A stretch of DNA of 64,000 nt, from the NCBI GenBank assembly GCA_020137815.1, contig CM035354.1, forward strand, positions 5,766,001 through 5,830,000, written 5' to 3'. Every line of letters begins with the position of its first letter. Position 1 is the first letter of the stretch. Shown here piece after piece: positions 30,610 to 43,734 of this stretch. Made by a program: the position numbers and the translations under genes. This DNA is from Hormiphora californensis (taxonomy: Eukaryota; Animalia; Ctenophora). The notes below the pieces were generated by a model. It was not told the origin of the DNA. It saw nothing but the letters and a program-made list of their open reading frames with translations, and did no database searches.

Positions 30610-32818
30610 TACCAGTTGACGAGTAAGATCCATCTCGGACAGGTATCGACGTCATTTAACAACTGCTACACCACTGGGAAATCAATGTTAGTTTGATTCA
30701 AGAAAAGTGGAAGGTGAAAAGTCTGAACTAGATCTGATTTACACAAACACAAACAAGTCGTAGGTAGAGTGAAATGGGGGGACGCTAGGAAGGGGAATAG
30801 TATTCAATTCTAGTTTATGTGAGAGGAAGGTACCATTCTTGCACAATGGGCACACGCTTTGCCCAGAGAGGTCAGAGGACCCTAATTATAATTCATACCA
30901 GTGTGTACTCTCTCCCCGGCTCTCACTCTCCCCTCTCTCTCTCCCTCTCTGTTTAACAAAACAACAGTATACTAGAGTACTCCCCCTATGATCGCTCTAT
31001 GTATAGGCACAATCTAGGGCACGTGGGTTTATTGGACACATCTCATATGTGTTATAACAGTAAGCAGCTCGAGAGAGAGGGAGACAGCGAGAGGGAAAGC
31101 TCTAGATAGAGGGAAAGAGAGCGAGAAAGAGTGGGAGAGAGTGATGGCTACAAGGCACACATAGTTCGCAGTAGCACACATAGTTCTCCACATCTGACAG
31201 TGTAATTACATGATAAATACATCTCTCACACACTGAGGTAAGGCGAAGAGTTTCAGTATTCTAAAAAGCATGATAATATGAGTGGCTCTTCGGGAATCTG
31301 AATACAAGGGAGCATTACCAACACCAGTGTTACACAAGAAAAGCACCCCGTATAGAGAGCAAGAGAGAGAGAGACCAGCACACCTCTTCATGATACTACA
31401 TGGAGTGATATCCTTATTTCTCTCTCCCCTTTCTCATGCACTCATTTCTCTCTTCTTACTGCAGTACGGCACTATAATAGTTCACTCTAGATAGGTGAAT
31501 TCCATCCCCACAAGAATGCAATTTAATCAGAATATAATGCTCTCATTCGTGATTGGATAGTTTGCAGAGAGAGGGAGGGGCATAGAGCGAGGGAATGAAC
31601 AAACGGGTTGTATATGGGATTGACTTGAGCCGGGAGGCCTGAAGCAAAAGGGAGACAGAGTTCTCAAAAACGTTTAAAGGATAATAGTTAGCAGTCTATA
31701 TAAAGAGCTCTAATTACTCACTTCTAGTATCAGTATGCTATAATTTGCAGTGAGATTAGTGTAGTAAGACAGCTCAAGTCTCAACACACACATCTGTCAA
31801 ACCATTCACACAGACAGAGAGTTGATAATTAATAGTTAACTAACCTCACGGTGAACTCCATCAGCAGAGTTCCACTTTCATTCACGGTTGATGATTGTGG
31901 TGGCAATCCTGCGATCCTGGTGTTCAGGTGTTTCATTCCAAAAGACGGCACTGGAAATTCTTGGTGTTGTTGTTTACTAGTCGAGACAGTGTTGTTGTGA
32001 TCAAATCAGGGATTTCCAACAACGCGCACTCATGGTTCGTGTATCAAATGCTGAAAAGTGTACTTTATTCAGAAAGAGTATTTTGCGCGCGTCGCGAAGT
32101 GGTGATCTTCATGGGAGGTAAAGTGTAAGTTGGCTAGGTCATGATAGCAAGACCAAGAGTTGAAATATATGGCTTTGATATGGCTAATGGAGTGTGACTA
32201 TAATAGTCAGCTTGATATACAGGTGGGTGGCCGACTGATTGAGAGTTGTAGGTCACAGAGGCGACACAGACCGAACCACTGAACACTCAGCACAGACTGA
32301 ATCAGACCATTGCAACTGGAAACATGGTCCAATTCAAGTTATCTGTATTTCCCCCTTTCTCAGGACTTATTTTGAATTAGCAACATTGAAGTTTAGTGTA
32401 TTAGAGGAATATTCAGCATGTCAGTTATTGGTATCATGGTAGTGAAGGGTACTTTAATATGTCACAGGTCACAGGAACTAATTACAACCCAACTGGTATA
32501 ATAATTATTATTAGACAATTTTAACCGGTTATCTAATTTTTCACAGTACACCGTTTCCGGTGGTTAAAGTGTACTGTGAAATTTTAGACCACTGCAAAAA
32601 CACTAGTAATTATAAAGTAAAATACCGCTGCAGTGGTATGTGAAAAATTAAACACTTTCTAGTCACACGCACACAGTGTGAACATTACAAACATTACAAA
32701 CTGAGTGAACGGGATAAGATTAAGTGAGGGAGAGAGAGAGAGAGAGAGAGAAGAGGAGAGAAGAGAGAGAGAGCATGAGAAGAGAGAATGAGAGAAGAGA
32801 GAGAGAGAAGAGATGTGA

Positions 32819-32854
<36 letters not shown>

Positions 32855-33134
32855 TAAAGGTAATGTGTGGTGGTTGGTGAGAGAGAGATATACTAAAAGA
32901 GAGAATCGAAGTCAAGAGGGAAAGCATATGCAGTACTCCATTGGTGTGGTGTCCATCACGTACGATCCCGTACCTATAGTTCAGATATGAATAAAGACTA
33001 AGGGTTAGGAGGTATTGCGTGTGCAATGGTACATTAGTGACTAATGCCACCCCTCTCTCTCTCTCTCTCTTTTCTCTCTCTCTCCTCCTCTCTCTCTCCT
33101 GCTCTCCCTCTCTCCTCTCTCTCTGCTCTCTCTC

Positions 33135-33170
<36 letters not shown>

Positions 33171-33213
33171 TTTATCTCTTTCACTCAGTTTGTTTCCAAA
33201 ATCATCTAATAAA

Positions 33214-33486
33214 ATTAGATGACTGCTTTTACATGCTCTATTACACCAACAATAATGTTAAAGTATTCGTTCACTTTTAGGCCTCGCAGGCTCGGCCCAA
33301 AAGTACAACTACAGAGCTCGCAGGCTCGCTCAGTAGTTACACTTAGCGTGCCTCGCAGGCTCGGCAGCTAAGTAAAAGGATCTACCTCGACCTATCGGTC
33401 TCGGTTCATTATTGTTGTATTTAGAGCACTCGGCCTTCGGCCTCGTGCACTAAAAAGTAATAGACCATTTTAACCAGTCATCTAAT
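33214..33486. mobile_element. Small non-autonomous element with short terminal inverted repeats and repeated CTCG-x-GGC(T/C)TCG mini-hairpins (Crypton-like appearance)
   Basis: ATTAGATGACTG...CAGTCATCTAAT ends; internal CTCGCAGGCTCG x3 and ACTCGGCCTTCGGCCTCGT; a related end motif at ~32511-32537. Confidence 0.4.
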
Positions 33487-34085
33487 CATATAATATTGTA
33501 TGTGTGTGCTTAGTACTACAATTAAACAGTCATTAGTACTATTTATAACACCCTGCTCGTTCTAACCTATGCTATTTCTAGGGGGATGGGGGAGTGGTTA
33601 TTTGATCCCCCCGGTGCAGCTTTGGAACACATGTGTTGTGGTACTATTCGAGCGTGTAAACAAAGAGGTTCCAGAGCTAGAGAACTAACATCTAGAGAAA
33701 GAACATGGAGCCGGGAGGTCGAAAAGAGGAATAGACACCTGTGGGGCAACTCTATACTTTTAAACTATTTAAAACTCTAACTTGCCCACCTGCAAATATA
33801 TGTAGGTCGACCTGTGCAGAAAACAGTCTCTCTCTCTGGCCCCTGCCCCTTTTTGTTAGCTCCCTCGACTGACTCATTATGAAACTATTTTGACATATTT
33901 TCATGAAAATCGTTTTTAGGTCTATGTGCTAATTCCTCATCATATTTCTCTCCCGTGCACCACCTGTTTTTTTCGTTCCACTTCGCAATGTTAGAATTCA
34001 TCTTTGTGAATGTAGGTCTTGGCAGATATAATATCCAAAAATGTTATTTTCTTGCACTAGTTTTAGATCCAAGCTTCTATAATGA

Positions 34086-35557
34086 ATGATACCCCACTCT
34101 CAGGCGGTACTATTGCTAGTGATCAGTAGTCTGGGTGTTCTAGTTAACTCCCTCGAGCTCTATTGTCTGGCCCGGATAGTCAGTCTGGGCCACAACCAGA
34201 ACATCTTCCTGGGAAACATTGCACTGTATGACATGTTGCTGGCGGTGTGTGGTGTGGTACGGGGTGCAGGGATACTAGATAGTAGGGTGGTTGGGTATCA
34301 CCCTGATACTGGCGGTGTGGGGGTGTTCTGTGTTGTGTTCGAGGTTATACTGTCTTCCTGCGGGTGAGTACTGAGTAGTGACTCACTGAGTGACATCCCA
34401 ATGTGCATGAGCCAATTAGATAACAATGTGTAATTGACAGCTTCTAAACTCACATATTTCCAAGTGATACATTGTTTAAATGAAAACCAAACAAGAACCC
34501 CCTGCAGGTATTTCGGACCACTGATGCTGCTACCCCTGACAGCGGACAGACTGGTAGCAGTGCTAACCCCTTTCCGACACTCCTCTCTCCTAACTTCATT
34601 CCGGTGCAAACTAATCTGCTTGGTATGCTGGCTTCCCATGCCCCTTCTCATTTTGTGGAAACTAATTGAACTGTACAACGGGCTACAGGTTTGATAATGT
34701 CATTTTGTTTCTCTCTCTCTCTCTCTGGTTTGGTTTGGTTTGGTTTGGTAGGACTACGGTCTTGCCACTAAGCAGCCAGCTACTGTCGGCACCGTGTTAT
34801 TATAATATCTATATGAAAGACCCGAAGGAGACGCAGGTGCTCAGTACCACCATATTGTCAACACTTCAGATATAAAGGGATTTTGAAAAGTGTAAGATTT
34901 CAGAGTGAGATTGGGAAGAGGGGCAGAACTATGGAAGGGATTTTGGCTGGTTCTAGATCCCTACATCCTGGGGAGTAGGACGGGATGCCGACCAGTGATC
35001 ACGATCACATCAGACCAGACAGTCTGAGTTGACCGACACGGATACGTGTGTAGGAAGCACGTGTAGCGATTAAATCAAATAATTAAACCCTTTCCTGATC
35101 TGTCCTTCGCACAGTCAAGACCTAACATTAACATGCAAAAAAAGTACTGTCTAACAAACATGCAATACGAAAGGGTAATAAGAGCACGCCCCGGAGGACT
35201 GAAAATCGGTCATAGTGTCTGTCGTCGACGGGGTCAGTTCTCACTCCTCCTCAAGCACTCGTTCTCGGTTTGTCGATTGTCATGAATTGTGAAATGTCCT
35301 AGAGCCAGCCCAACCACCAATGGGTGAACTAGGAGATACCAAAACCACTATGGGCTATACCACGAATCAATCGATAAGCCAGAACCTGACTCCATATTGA
35401 GATGCCCGCGTGAAACCCTGCCGGTGGAAATAATGTCTGTGGAGATGGTTGGAGAGGATGAATGAGACAGGGGTGCAATCCGGCTTGCTCCCATCGTCTT
35501 TGTCTAATAGACAATATCTATTCGACATAATGACGACAGCGAGAGTGAAAGGATAGT

Positions 35558-35610
<53 letters not shown>

Positions 35611-37073
35611 TGAGATAGAGATAGAGAGCTACGAGCATCCAGTCATGATAGGGAGCAGCCAGGATATATGAGATATCGATAGAGATAGAGAGATTGATTC
35701 TGGACTCATAGACCGGGATCTCTCAACCTCTTCTAACTATGGATAGACTCTCAGCTCTACGTATTCTCTCGTCACTCTCTCTACTCATACTCTCGTCGTC
35801 ACATGCTCTCTGCTCTCTCGTACCTTCGTCGCTCTCGTTCTTTGCTTAACCTCTCCCCTACTCCTCTCCGATACCCGTTTACGTCACCTGCCTGCTCGAC
35901 CTCAGCAAGTGATGAAGAGAGGGAGTGGGAGAAAAAACCAGGGCAGTGAACGGGGTGGAACAGAAGAAGGGATCGAATTAAATCGCTAATAGGGGAGGCG
36001 ATGATCAACGGTACAGCAGAAAGGTAGATAAAGGTCTAGACGGGGAGGGGGGGTGGGAAGAGTTGGAAAATACACGTGATAGGGAGGCTCGGGAGCTCAG
36101 GAGCAGCAGCAGCAGGAAGGTACAGGAAACAGGGACCGAGACATGAGACGAGGGGGAGGCTCTGGAACAAAATGTGGTAGCTATGGAAATGTATAGCGAG
36201 GGGAAGAAATATATATTGAATAATGTGGTACGATTAACTGTAAATATAGAATTATATGAGAGAATGTGATACAAGTGTGATACTTATGATACGGATAAGA
36301 CAACAGACAAAAGGAATAGATCCTGGGGGTACCGTAAAAATAATGAGCAGTATGAAAAAGGGTGAAGGGGCCAGGGGGACAAACAGTAAACAAACATGCG
36401 GGCAAAGACGAACTATTAAACAGACACACTGCGAGATACAAACACACTAACTACTGGACAAATACAAGCAGACTGGTTCTTATCTGAATATAGTTCAGTA
36501 GTATAGTAGTTGCAGCGTCCTGTTGTTGTCGTCCACCGATAGTTGATAGTTGATGAGCAGATTTTGTTGAAAATTTCAAATTCGGGTTGCAAATTCTCCT
36601 CTCTCTCTGTCTATCTCTCTCTCTCCCCTCTCTCTCCCCCCCTCTCTCTCTCTCTCACCCTCCCTCAGATTGTCTACGACAGTGAGTTGAGGCGGTGCTA
36701 CCAACAGAATGTGGAGATCCGCCACCAGATCGCTATCCTAACAACACCTCTAATTCTCGTTACCGCCATGTACATCCCAATCATCAGGGCTGTCCTCCGG
36801 AGACCCCAAATCCGTTCTTCAAAAGTTCTCCTGACATCAACAGCCATAGTCGTTACATCTTTAATATGTTACACTCCCTCCCCTCTAAATCGGTATGTTT
36901 CTATGAGCCCGGAGGTGCGACTGTTCCTAACCCTGCCCCTGTACTATGCGAATACTCTTGTGGATCCAACGGTATACTTTTTATTTCACCCACGGGTTAG
37001 GGCCGCGGTGGCACAAAGCTCGGGTGCAGTGAGTGACAATCTCGGGGTACTTCCTGCTGCCAGTAGAGCGTAG
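34086..37073 (+). CDS. Rhodopsin-class (class A) orphan GPCR, three exons (34086-34363, 34508-34688, 36669-37073)
   Basis: LGVLVN (TM1), NIALYD (TM2), LTADRLVAVLTPF (DRY-like), ICYTP (TM6), ANTLVDPTVY (NPxxY-like); junctions in phase. Confidence 0.85.
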
Positions 37074-37186
37074 AGGAGTGAAAAAAATTATACAAACAAA
37101 AAGAGTATTTTAGCGTTTTATAACTTAGAACCAGTATATAACTTCAGTATAAAAAGGTCACATTTGCTTCGTGTCTTTCTCTCTGT

Positions 37187-38228
37187 TTAATATTCGATGA
37201 CATCACACGAATATTTACCATATATCTCATCATCACAAACCAACTCAGGCTGAAGGGACAGGATAACTTGTCCGAACATTTTCTCAATCATCCTCATATC
37301 CACATCCTCTGCGATATAACCCATCATTCCCTGCAGCATCCTGCTCTTCATTACTCCCCTCACATTCTTTTTGTTGAACACCTTTAGGAATTCCCTCTTG
37401 CAGCAGCCGTTAAATTCATCACTCATCACCTCTCGGCAATCCTCTTCATCCACACACCAGAAGGCAGCGGCAGTGTCGTCAATAAAGTCCCTAATTTCAG
37501 ATGGTTCAAATGACATATCCTCTGCATTACTCATAACACCCATAATAAAATCTGTCTTGTCAAGACAGGTTCCATTGCCCGCACGTGTCTGGTCAATCAT
37601 TCGGGCGATACCGTAGAGAGCAGTCATGTCAATGAGGCCACAGTCACACAATGGTTTTTTGAGGTCCCTCCAAATCTTCCTTACAACAGGTGATTTCATG
37701 ATCTTGTTGTAGCTCCTAACATCGACTATTTCGCTTAGGACAGGTGCCTTCATACATCCTCCAATGGCCTTGAACAGGTCCCGGGTACAGGGACAGATGC
37801 CATTCCTCAATGACACCATTGAGAATGGTCCGCATCGCAAACACAACGTCCTCGTATGTCTCAGCATTAACCAGATCCTCGTAGAGGTACCTGATGTTAT
37901 CCTTTATAAGCAGTTACAATGGTACAAGGCAGCATCTTGCATTGCTCATTTCCAGAGTTAAACTTATTGAATGCCTTGGCACATTCACAAGGGATAGAAC
38001 ATGTTTTGGTTGCATTTTGATGGCTTGTTGCAGATCTCCCCAGGCGATCATGTCCAGACCGTACACCATGCTATCAATATCGATCTCTGACAGCATTTCA
38101 GAGAGAATCGACTGGACGGAGGGGATAATCTCCATGGGATAGTCAGTTCCATAGTCGTAAGGAGGGGGTGTAGTATATTGACAGGTGCTACCAGCCACTA
38201 GGGCCAGGGAAAGAACAACGAACAACAT
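37187..38228 (-). CDS. Secreted Cys-rich protein of unknown family (~345 aa), apparently intronless with about three frameshifts
   Basis: Signal peptide MLFVVLSLALVAGSTC. Coding-like segments switch frame: CSIPCECAKAFNKF...CKMLPCTIV, then KDNIRYLYEDLV, then GICPCTRDLF...YSCDVIEY. TATAAAT at 38275-38269. Confidence 0.6.
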
Positions 38229-38293
38229 ATCGGAAAAGAAGTGAACTGCACAAATCGAATGTGCCCAAATTTATAGAAACCAGGAAGGGGTGG

Positions 38294-38359
38294 GAAACGG
38301 TTCACCTAAAATCGAATTTAGAGCTCGAACTCTAAACTCGATTTTAGGTGAACCGTTTC
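38294..38359. repeat. Near-perfect ~66-bp hairpin just upstream of the TATA box of the 38228 gene
   Basis: GAAACGGTTCACCTAAAATCGAATTTAGAG / CTCTAAACTCGATTTTAGGTGAACCGTTTC. Confidence 0.85.
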
Positions 38360-38513
38360 TCTCACTCTCCGTTGTAAGACACAACACAATTACTTTGGAA
38401 TAAAACACCGTCTTATCAGCGAGCGAGCGAAGCGCTCGCGATCGCTATCGTCCCTCTATCCTAGTATCTCTCTCATAGCTATCGCTCTCTCCTATCGTCT
38501 CTTCTCCTCTCTC

Positions 38514-38546
<33 letters not shown>

Positions 38547-39079
38547 TATCCAGGGAAACTCAATTTGAATTGTGACCTTATGCAAAGCCATAGATTTGCA
38601 GTAATATATATTCTGAATAAGCAGCTGAATGGACTTTTAGCACAATGTTATCATACAAGCAGAACTAAAAGCCTTTACCATCAGCGTTTGATTGAGTTTA
38701 CCAGCTAGCATTGTGACACAGTTCTTAGTTGTGATGCAATTGAAGGAGTTTAAAGGCATTTCGTAATGGTTAATATACTTACGTCGATGGGCGGTGTGTT
38801 TGGGGGCCGTGTTTGGCTGGGTGATGTGCTTGGGGGTATGTTGAGCGCTGGGCTAGGCGGTGGGCTGGGCGGTGAGCTGGGCCTTCTTCTTACAGACGCC
38901 GAAATGTTTCCGAATTTCATGGCTGCTGTGGAAAGAAACAGGAATTAAATGGTTCGATATGGACGAATTGGAGAGAGATTAAAGAAACAAATTTCAAGTG
39001 TAGAATATCAAATTGGATAGTCTATAATAAGTGAAGCATTTTTACAAATATCATCTTAGTATTATACCAAACACTAATT

Positions 39080-39552
39080 TCATTGAAAGTTAAATTGTGG
39101 TCCACCGTCCTGATATTGACCTGTTACCTCAGCACCACTGAAATCAAACCCAGGGTTCTCTCTCTGGTATCTCTCTTGGAGAAAACGTTTCTGCATGGTG
39201 TCTAAAGTCAATAGATCAGCAGAGCAACTTCGCCTCAAAAAGAGATTTCCAGCAGTTCTGTGGAGTCTTGATGCACTTGACTAGGAATATTCTAATGAAC
39301 CGTGACCCATCCTCCTCCTCAATGGTCCATGTACTCTCATCAGTAACAATAGATGCGAAATAGTTTGTCCGAAAACTTGGTCTCATTGAACACTGAGCAA
39401 GAAACACTGGAGGGAAGAATCTTTACGCTCACGTTTTTTCCTTTCGTGTTTGCTGACACTGCGATCTCGATCGTCACGTCGTCTATGGATTGATACCAGC
39501 TACCCCAGTCAGTCTTAGACTTCACTATCCCCGCTTTGTCTTCGAAGTCCAT
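39080..39552 (-). CDS. NUDCD2: NudC domain-containing protein 2 (CS/p23 co-chaperone), intronless, two apparent frameshifts
   Basis: MDFEDKAGIVKSKTDWGSWYQSIDDV; DESTWTIEE; NCWKSLF; MQKRFLQERYQRENPGFDFSGAEVTGQYQDGGP, spread over three frames. Confidence 0.88.
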
Positions 39553-39910
39553 GAGTTTACACCCTATAACAAGAATATTGTGTAGAAATAGCACCACATT
39601 TCCCTTTGTTGAACTTCGGTAAGAAAGAATACAATGAATCAAGAAAAAGGTACAAACTAAAAAAACAACACAAATAAAAACATGTCGCAGCTTCAATTGT
39701 AATTCATACTTTCCTTTTATTTAATTCTAAAAAGAGCACTATACTCAATAATGCAGTGCGGCAAATAATATGTTTGGACTGCGATTTTCGGAATGAACAG
39801 TTGCAGTTGAGCTATAGACGCTGTATATTAGACAGTAAATGAAAATCGCAAAATATTAATTGTATTCAGTATCATTATAATCTCTATTTTCCTTTTTATA
39901 TTGTCATATG

Positions 39911-40843
39911 TTAATAATATCTTGTGTCATAGCAGCAAGACCGGCAAATCTTCCCTCTTACAAATGCTACAACCACCGCAGCAATCAAAAAGAGGGGGAA
40001 TATGACTGCAAGGGCTATCAATCCAATAAGGAAGACGAAGAAGTCGTACTCTTGGCCACTGTAACCAGAAATCTCTCCATCCCATCCGTGTGCCTCAGAC
40101 TGATCTCCTGCAGTCATGGTGACCTGAACGGTGTCTCCCTCATCGTAATTAGGTCGAATTGCCTCAAGTGTTTCAACAAAGTAAATAGCATTGTAGAGGG
40201 AGTCTTGGGTAGATAATGTATAGTTGGATGCAGCGAATTTAACCCAACCATCGTTGAATTTGATACTGAATTTGGGAGTAAAGCCCGTTCCCTGTACCTC
40301 CCACATATGTACTTTTTCTCCAATTCTGTACTGGGTCAGTGTACTGGTTGGTAGAGCTGCATTTTCCCCGATAACAGTAAAAGATGCCTCGTAATCGTAG
40401 AAGTAGCTGTACGAACTTGTCCAAACAAATTTACATGTGTATTTTCTATCAGGAACAGGATTTGTGAGCGTTACCAAGTATAATGTTGAGTTAGCACTGT
40501 GGCCGTACGTTGCATCTGTCATATTCCTCACTGCCAGGTCTCCATCCCCACCAGCACTGTTGATTTGTGCGACCATCTCATCCACGGTGAACAACAACGC
40601 ACCGAAAGAGTTCTCCAATCGGGTGGCTTCAAAATCAGCAACTTCATTTTTACCGGACGATTCGTTATAATAGGTCACTGTAAGGTTTAGAATATCTCTT
40701 TTGTAGCAGGAGCATCTCACTTCAGCTTCGTCGTTGCTGTCAATTCGGGCGTATGGAGATGCACGTGCTTCTGCGTAGGAGGTATAGGAAAAGGCACAGG
40801 TGAGGAGAAGTAACACCACAGAAGCTCTCAGAAGTCCAGACAT
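39911..40843 (-). CDS. Type I single-pass membrane glycoprotein, beta-rich (possibly Ig-like) ectodomain, unknown family
   Basis: 310-aa ORF with signal peptide, several NxS/T sites, a YTCKF strand, a TM helix (FFVFLIGLIALAVIFPLFLIAAVVVAFV) and a short Cys/Tyr tail. Confidence 0.75.
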   Translation of the reverse strand: MSGLLRASVVLLLLTCAFSYTSYAEARASPYARIDSNDEAEVRCSCYKRDILNLTVTYYNESSGKNEVADFEATRLENSFGALLFTVDEMVAQINSAGGDGDLAVRNMTDATYGHSANSTLYLVTLTNPVPDRKYTCKFVWTSSYSYFYDYEASFTVIGENAALPTSTLTQYRIGEKVHMWEVQGTGFTPKFSIKFNDGWVKFAASNYTLSTQDSLYNAIYFVETLEAIRPNYDEGDTVQVTMTAGDQSEAHGWDGEISGYSGQEYDFFVFLIGLIALAVIFPLFLIAAVVVAFVRGKICRSCCYDTRYY

Positions 40844-40983
40844 TTCCTGGTTAAGGAAGGTGCTGTTATCAACTTGATAATGAGTTACACCGAGATAAGG
40901 CTAGGAGTTCTAAAATTGACGTGATAGTTTTTTGGTAGGATCTGCACCCAAAATGCAGAGTTGCGTGTTTATTTATACAGGGC

Positions 40984-42465
40984 CACGGCGTGCCCCAGAG
41001 TAGTTTAACATTTGTTTGAGTGACCACCTCCAATTCCGGTTGTAACTGGTCGGGAAGACCTCCCTGAAGGTCGTGGCGGAGCGGGAATAATCATGTAGAC
41101 CCGCTGCGGCTTCAGAAAATTGAGAAAAAGATAGCTATCTTTTTTTTCACTTTGAAAATAAGAAATTTTTACAGATACCGCCTTGTTCTACAAGATGTGG
41201 TTGTCCCCGACCTATTTTTGGACGTAGAATCGAATGCCGTTGGAGTCAAATCTTTAAAATGTAGGCAACATGGAGAAAATCGCGTTTTTAGGTGTTTTTT
41301 GGTGAAAAAAACGTCCAAACTGGTACTATAGTTGATAAGATAGGGTCCCAAAAGTATCACAAATCGATTTTTTGGGTCCTTTTCGCCCTAAAAACAGAGT
41401 TTTATGAAAATCCAGTACAACGCCTATTCTCCGCTTACTTTCAAAGAAAGTGAATATAGCTCTAATTTAGCCAATTTGGAAGAAAAGCCGTCCAAAACGA
41501 TACTAGCTGACAGGATAGAGTCCCAATAACTTACAAAATGTCATTTTAGGCCTTTTCTACCCTTGAAACAGATTTACTTGGCGATAAGCCATCTCGGTAG
41601 ACCTCTGGAGTAGGTGGAAATAGCCATGATATAGCGATTGTGGCAAATGAATGTGAATAAACGCTTACCAAACCTACTTTAGCATCATGTATGTCCTATC
41701 TCTGAAACTGTGAAGTTGAAGAGTGGCTCTTGCATAGTCCAGTAGTCCAGAGATAGGTCATACATGATGCTAAAGTAGGTTTGGTAAGCGTTTATTCACA
41801 TTCATTTGCCACAATCGCTATATCATGGCTATTTCCACCTACTCCAGAGGTCTACCGAGATGGCTTATCGCCAAGTAAATCTGTTTCAAGGGTAGAAAAG
41901 GCCTAAAATGACATTTTGTAAGTTATTGGGACTCTATCCTGTCAGCTAGTATCGTTTTGGACGGCTTTTCTTCCAAATTGGCTAAATTAGAGCTATATTC
42001 ACTTTCTTTGAAAGTAAGCGGAGAATAGGCGTTGTACTGGATTTTCATAAAACTCTGTTTTTAGGGCGAAAAGGACCCAAAAAATCGATTTGTGATACTT
42101 TTGGGACCCTATCTTATCAACTAGTACCAGTTTGGACGTTTTTTTCACCAAAAAACACCTAAAACGCGATTTTCTCCATGTTGCCTACATTTTAAAGATT
42201 TGACTCCAGCGGCATTCGATTCTACGTCCAAAAATAGGTCGGGGACAACCACATCTTGTAGAACAAGGCGGTATCTGAAAAAATTTCTTATTTTCAAAGT
42301 GAAAAAAAAGATAGCTATCTTTTTCTCAATTTTCTGAAGCCGCAGCGGGTCTACATGATTATTCCCGCTCCGCCACGACCTTCAGGGAGGTCTTCCCGAC
42401 CAGTTACAACCGGAATTGGAGGTGGTCACTCAAACAAATGTTAAACTACTCTGGGGCACGCCGTG
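40984..42465. mobile_element. Chapaev-type (CMC) foldback element; ~720-bp near-identical arms
   Basis: CACGGCGTGCCCCAG...CTGGGGCACGCCGTG termini; 4-bp TSD GGGC; loop about 41705-41747. Confidence 0.85.
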
Positions 42466-42917
42466 GGGCAGTACCGTGGTCAGATGGTCTATGTAAACAC
42501 ACACTTCTACGGCGGGATTAGTAGGAGCGCTTAGATCATGCACGTCACGAGCAAAACTCGCACGCCACCCGAAGTTTAGGTTACTAACACTGCCTCAAGC
42601 CCACAGGGGACTATCGGAAACCGATATCGCCAGAACTAGGAGAGTAGCCCCCTGACCTCCACCGTTAGGAACTACTATATGGCAGGTAGTGGAAAGTGGA
42701 TCGAGGTTATACTCCTCAATGATTGATGATTTCTCCACTACCCCTTAAACAACAAATTCGACAAAGGGCCGCTACACGGCCAAGCGTTGGCATATGCTAC
42801 GGTTAGGGCCAGCGTTAAAATCTGGGTGTTTCGTGAGTGCTGACAAACTAAACAGCAATCCGACACCGGGGTCTCAGATAATAAACGCACACCACGATCG
42901 GTCACAACAAACGGTTT

Positions 42918-42977
42918 TTTAGGGTTAGGGCTAAAGTAGGGTTAGGGTTAGGGTTGGGGTTTGGGTTGGGGTTAGGC
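42918..42977 (+). repeat. Interstitial telomere-like (TTAGGG/TTGGGG) tract
   Basis: TTAGGGTTAGGGCTAAAGTAGGGTTAGGGTTAGGGTTGGGGTTTGGGTTGGGGTTAGG. Confidence 0.8.
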
Positions 42978-43734
42978 CTTGACATTTCCTACCACATTAA
43001 CTTTGAATTAGCCAAAACGGTTGAGTGGTTTGGCGGTTAGAGCCATTTTAGTGAAACTTTTTTGGCAGCGCGCACAGGCCTTGTAATCTTCTTTGTGTAG
43101 ATGCTACACCGGTGTCAGTTCCTTACAGAGCCTCCCCCTCCCTGGATATTGTTCGTATCCAGTCCATGATAGAATTATTGTTTTGTTTTGGGTATCCGAG
43201 CACCGGTGGGCGATCCGGGAATCTCTTCAGCCATTTTCCCAGAAGTATCTTGAACGAGGCCAGGTCTTCCGCTGAGTTCACTTCACTGGGGAGAGTGTTC
43301 CATAGTCTAGTTGCTCTACAGGTGAATGAGTTGTGGTACTTCGTTGCAACTGACTTCTGTGTTGTAGTAGGACAGGTTGGGATTTCCGCTTTCTTTCCGA
43401 GACGGTTGTTGTTGTAAAAGCGGATGCCGATGTTGTTGGGCGCTTTGCCATTGGCCATTTTCCACATCATAATAATGCTATAGCGCTCCCGGCGGCGTTG
43501 AAGAGAGTGCATGTTCAGTTTCTTCCAGGGGCGGTGCGCGGCGTTAATTCACGAAAAAAATTTTGGGTCCAGCGCTGCAGAAAATACATTTAAATGTAAC
43601 ACGCGAAGGTGGTCTGGACCACATTGGTAAATAGCGCTGCCACATTAGCTTTTTCTCGCGCGCATTCGTTTTTTAAATTGAAAATCGGCTCATTTTTTCA
43701 CTTTTTTGACGATTTTTTCACTTTTTGGCAAGTT

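Larger units (their letters stand above)
29916..38920 (-). other. Candidate alternative first coding exons: 38920-38783, 31936-31850, 30655-30613, 29964-29916
   Basis: Each is ATG, a stop-free frame, then a GTAAG/GTGAG donor: MKFGNISASVRRRPSSPP...PID; MKHLNTRIAG...EFT; MTSIPVRDGSYSST; MVLSKVGKLIRKRRAR. Confidence 0.45.

Noticed and set aside
42918-42977. True telomere or chromosome fusion site
   Set aside because: Short, degenerate, single orientation and embedded in TE-like sequence.
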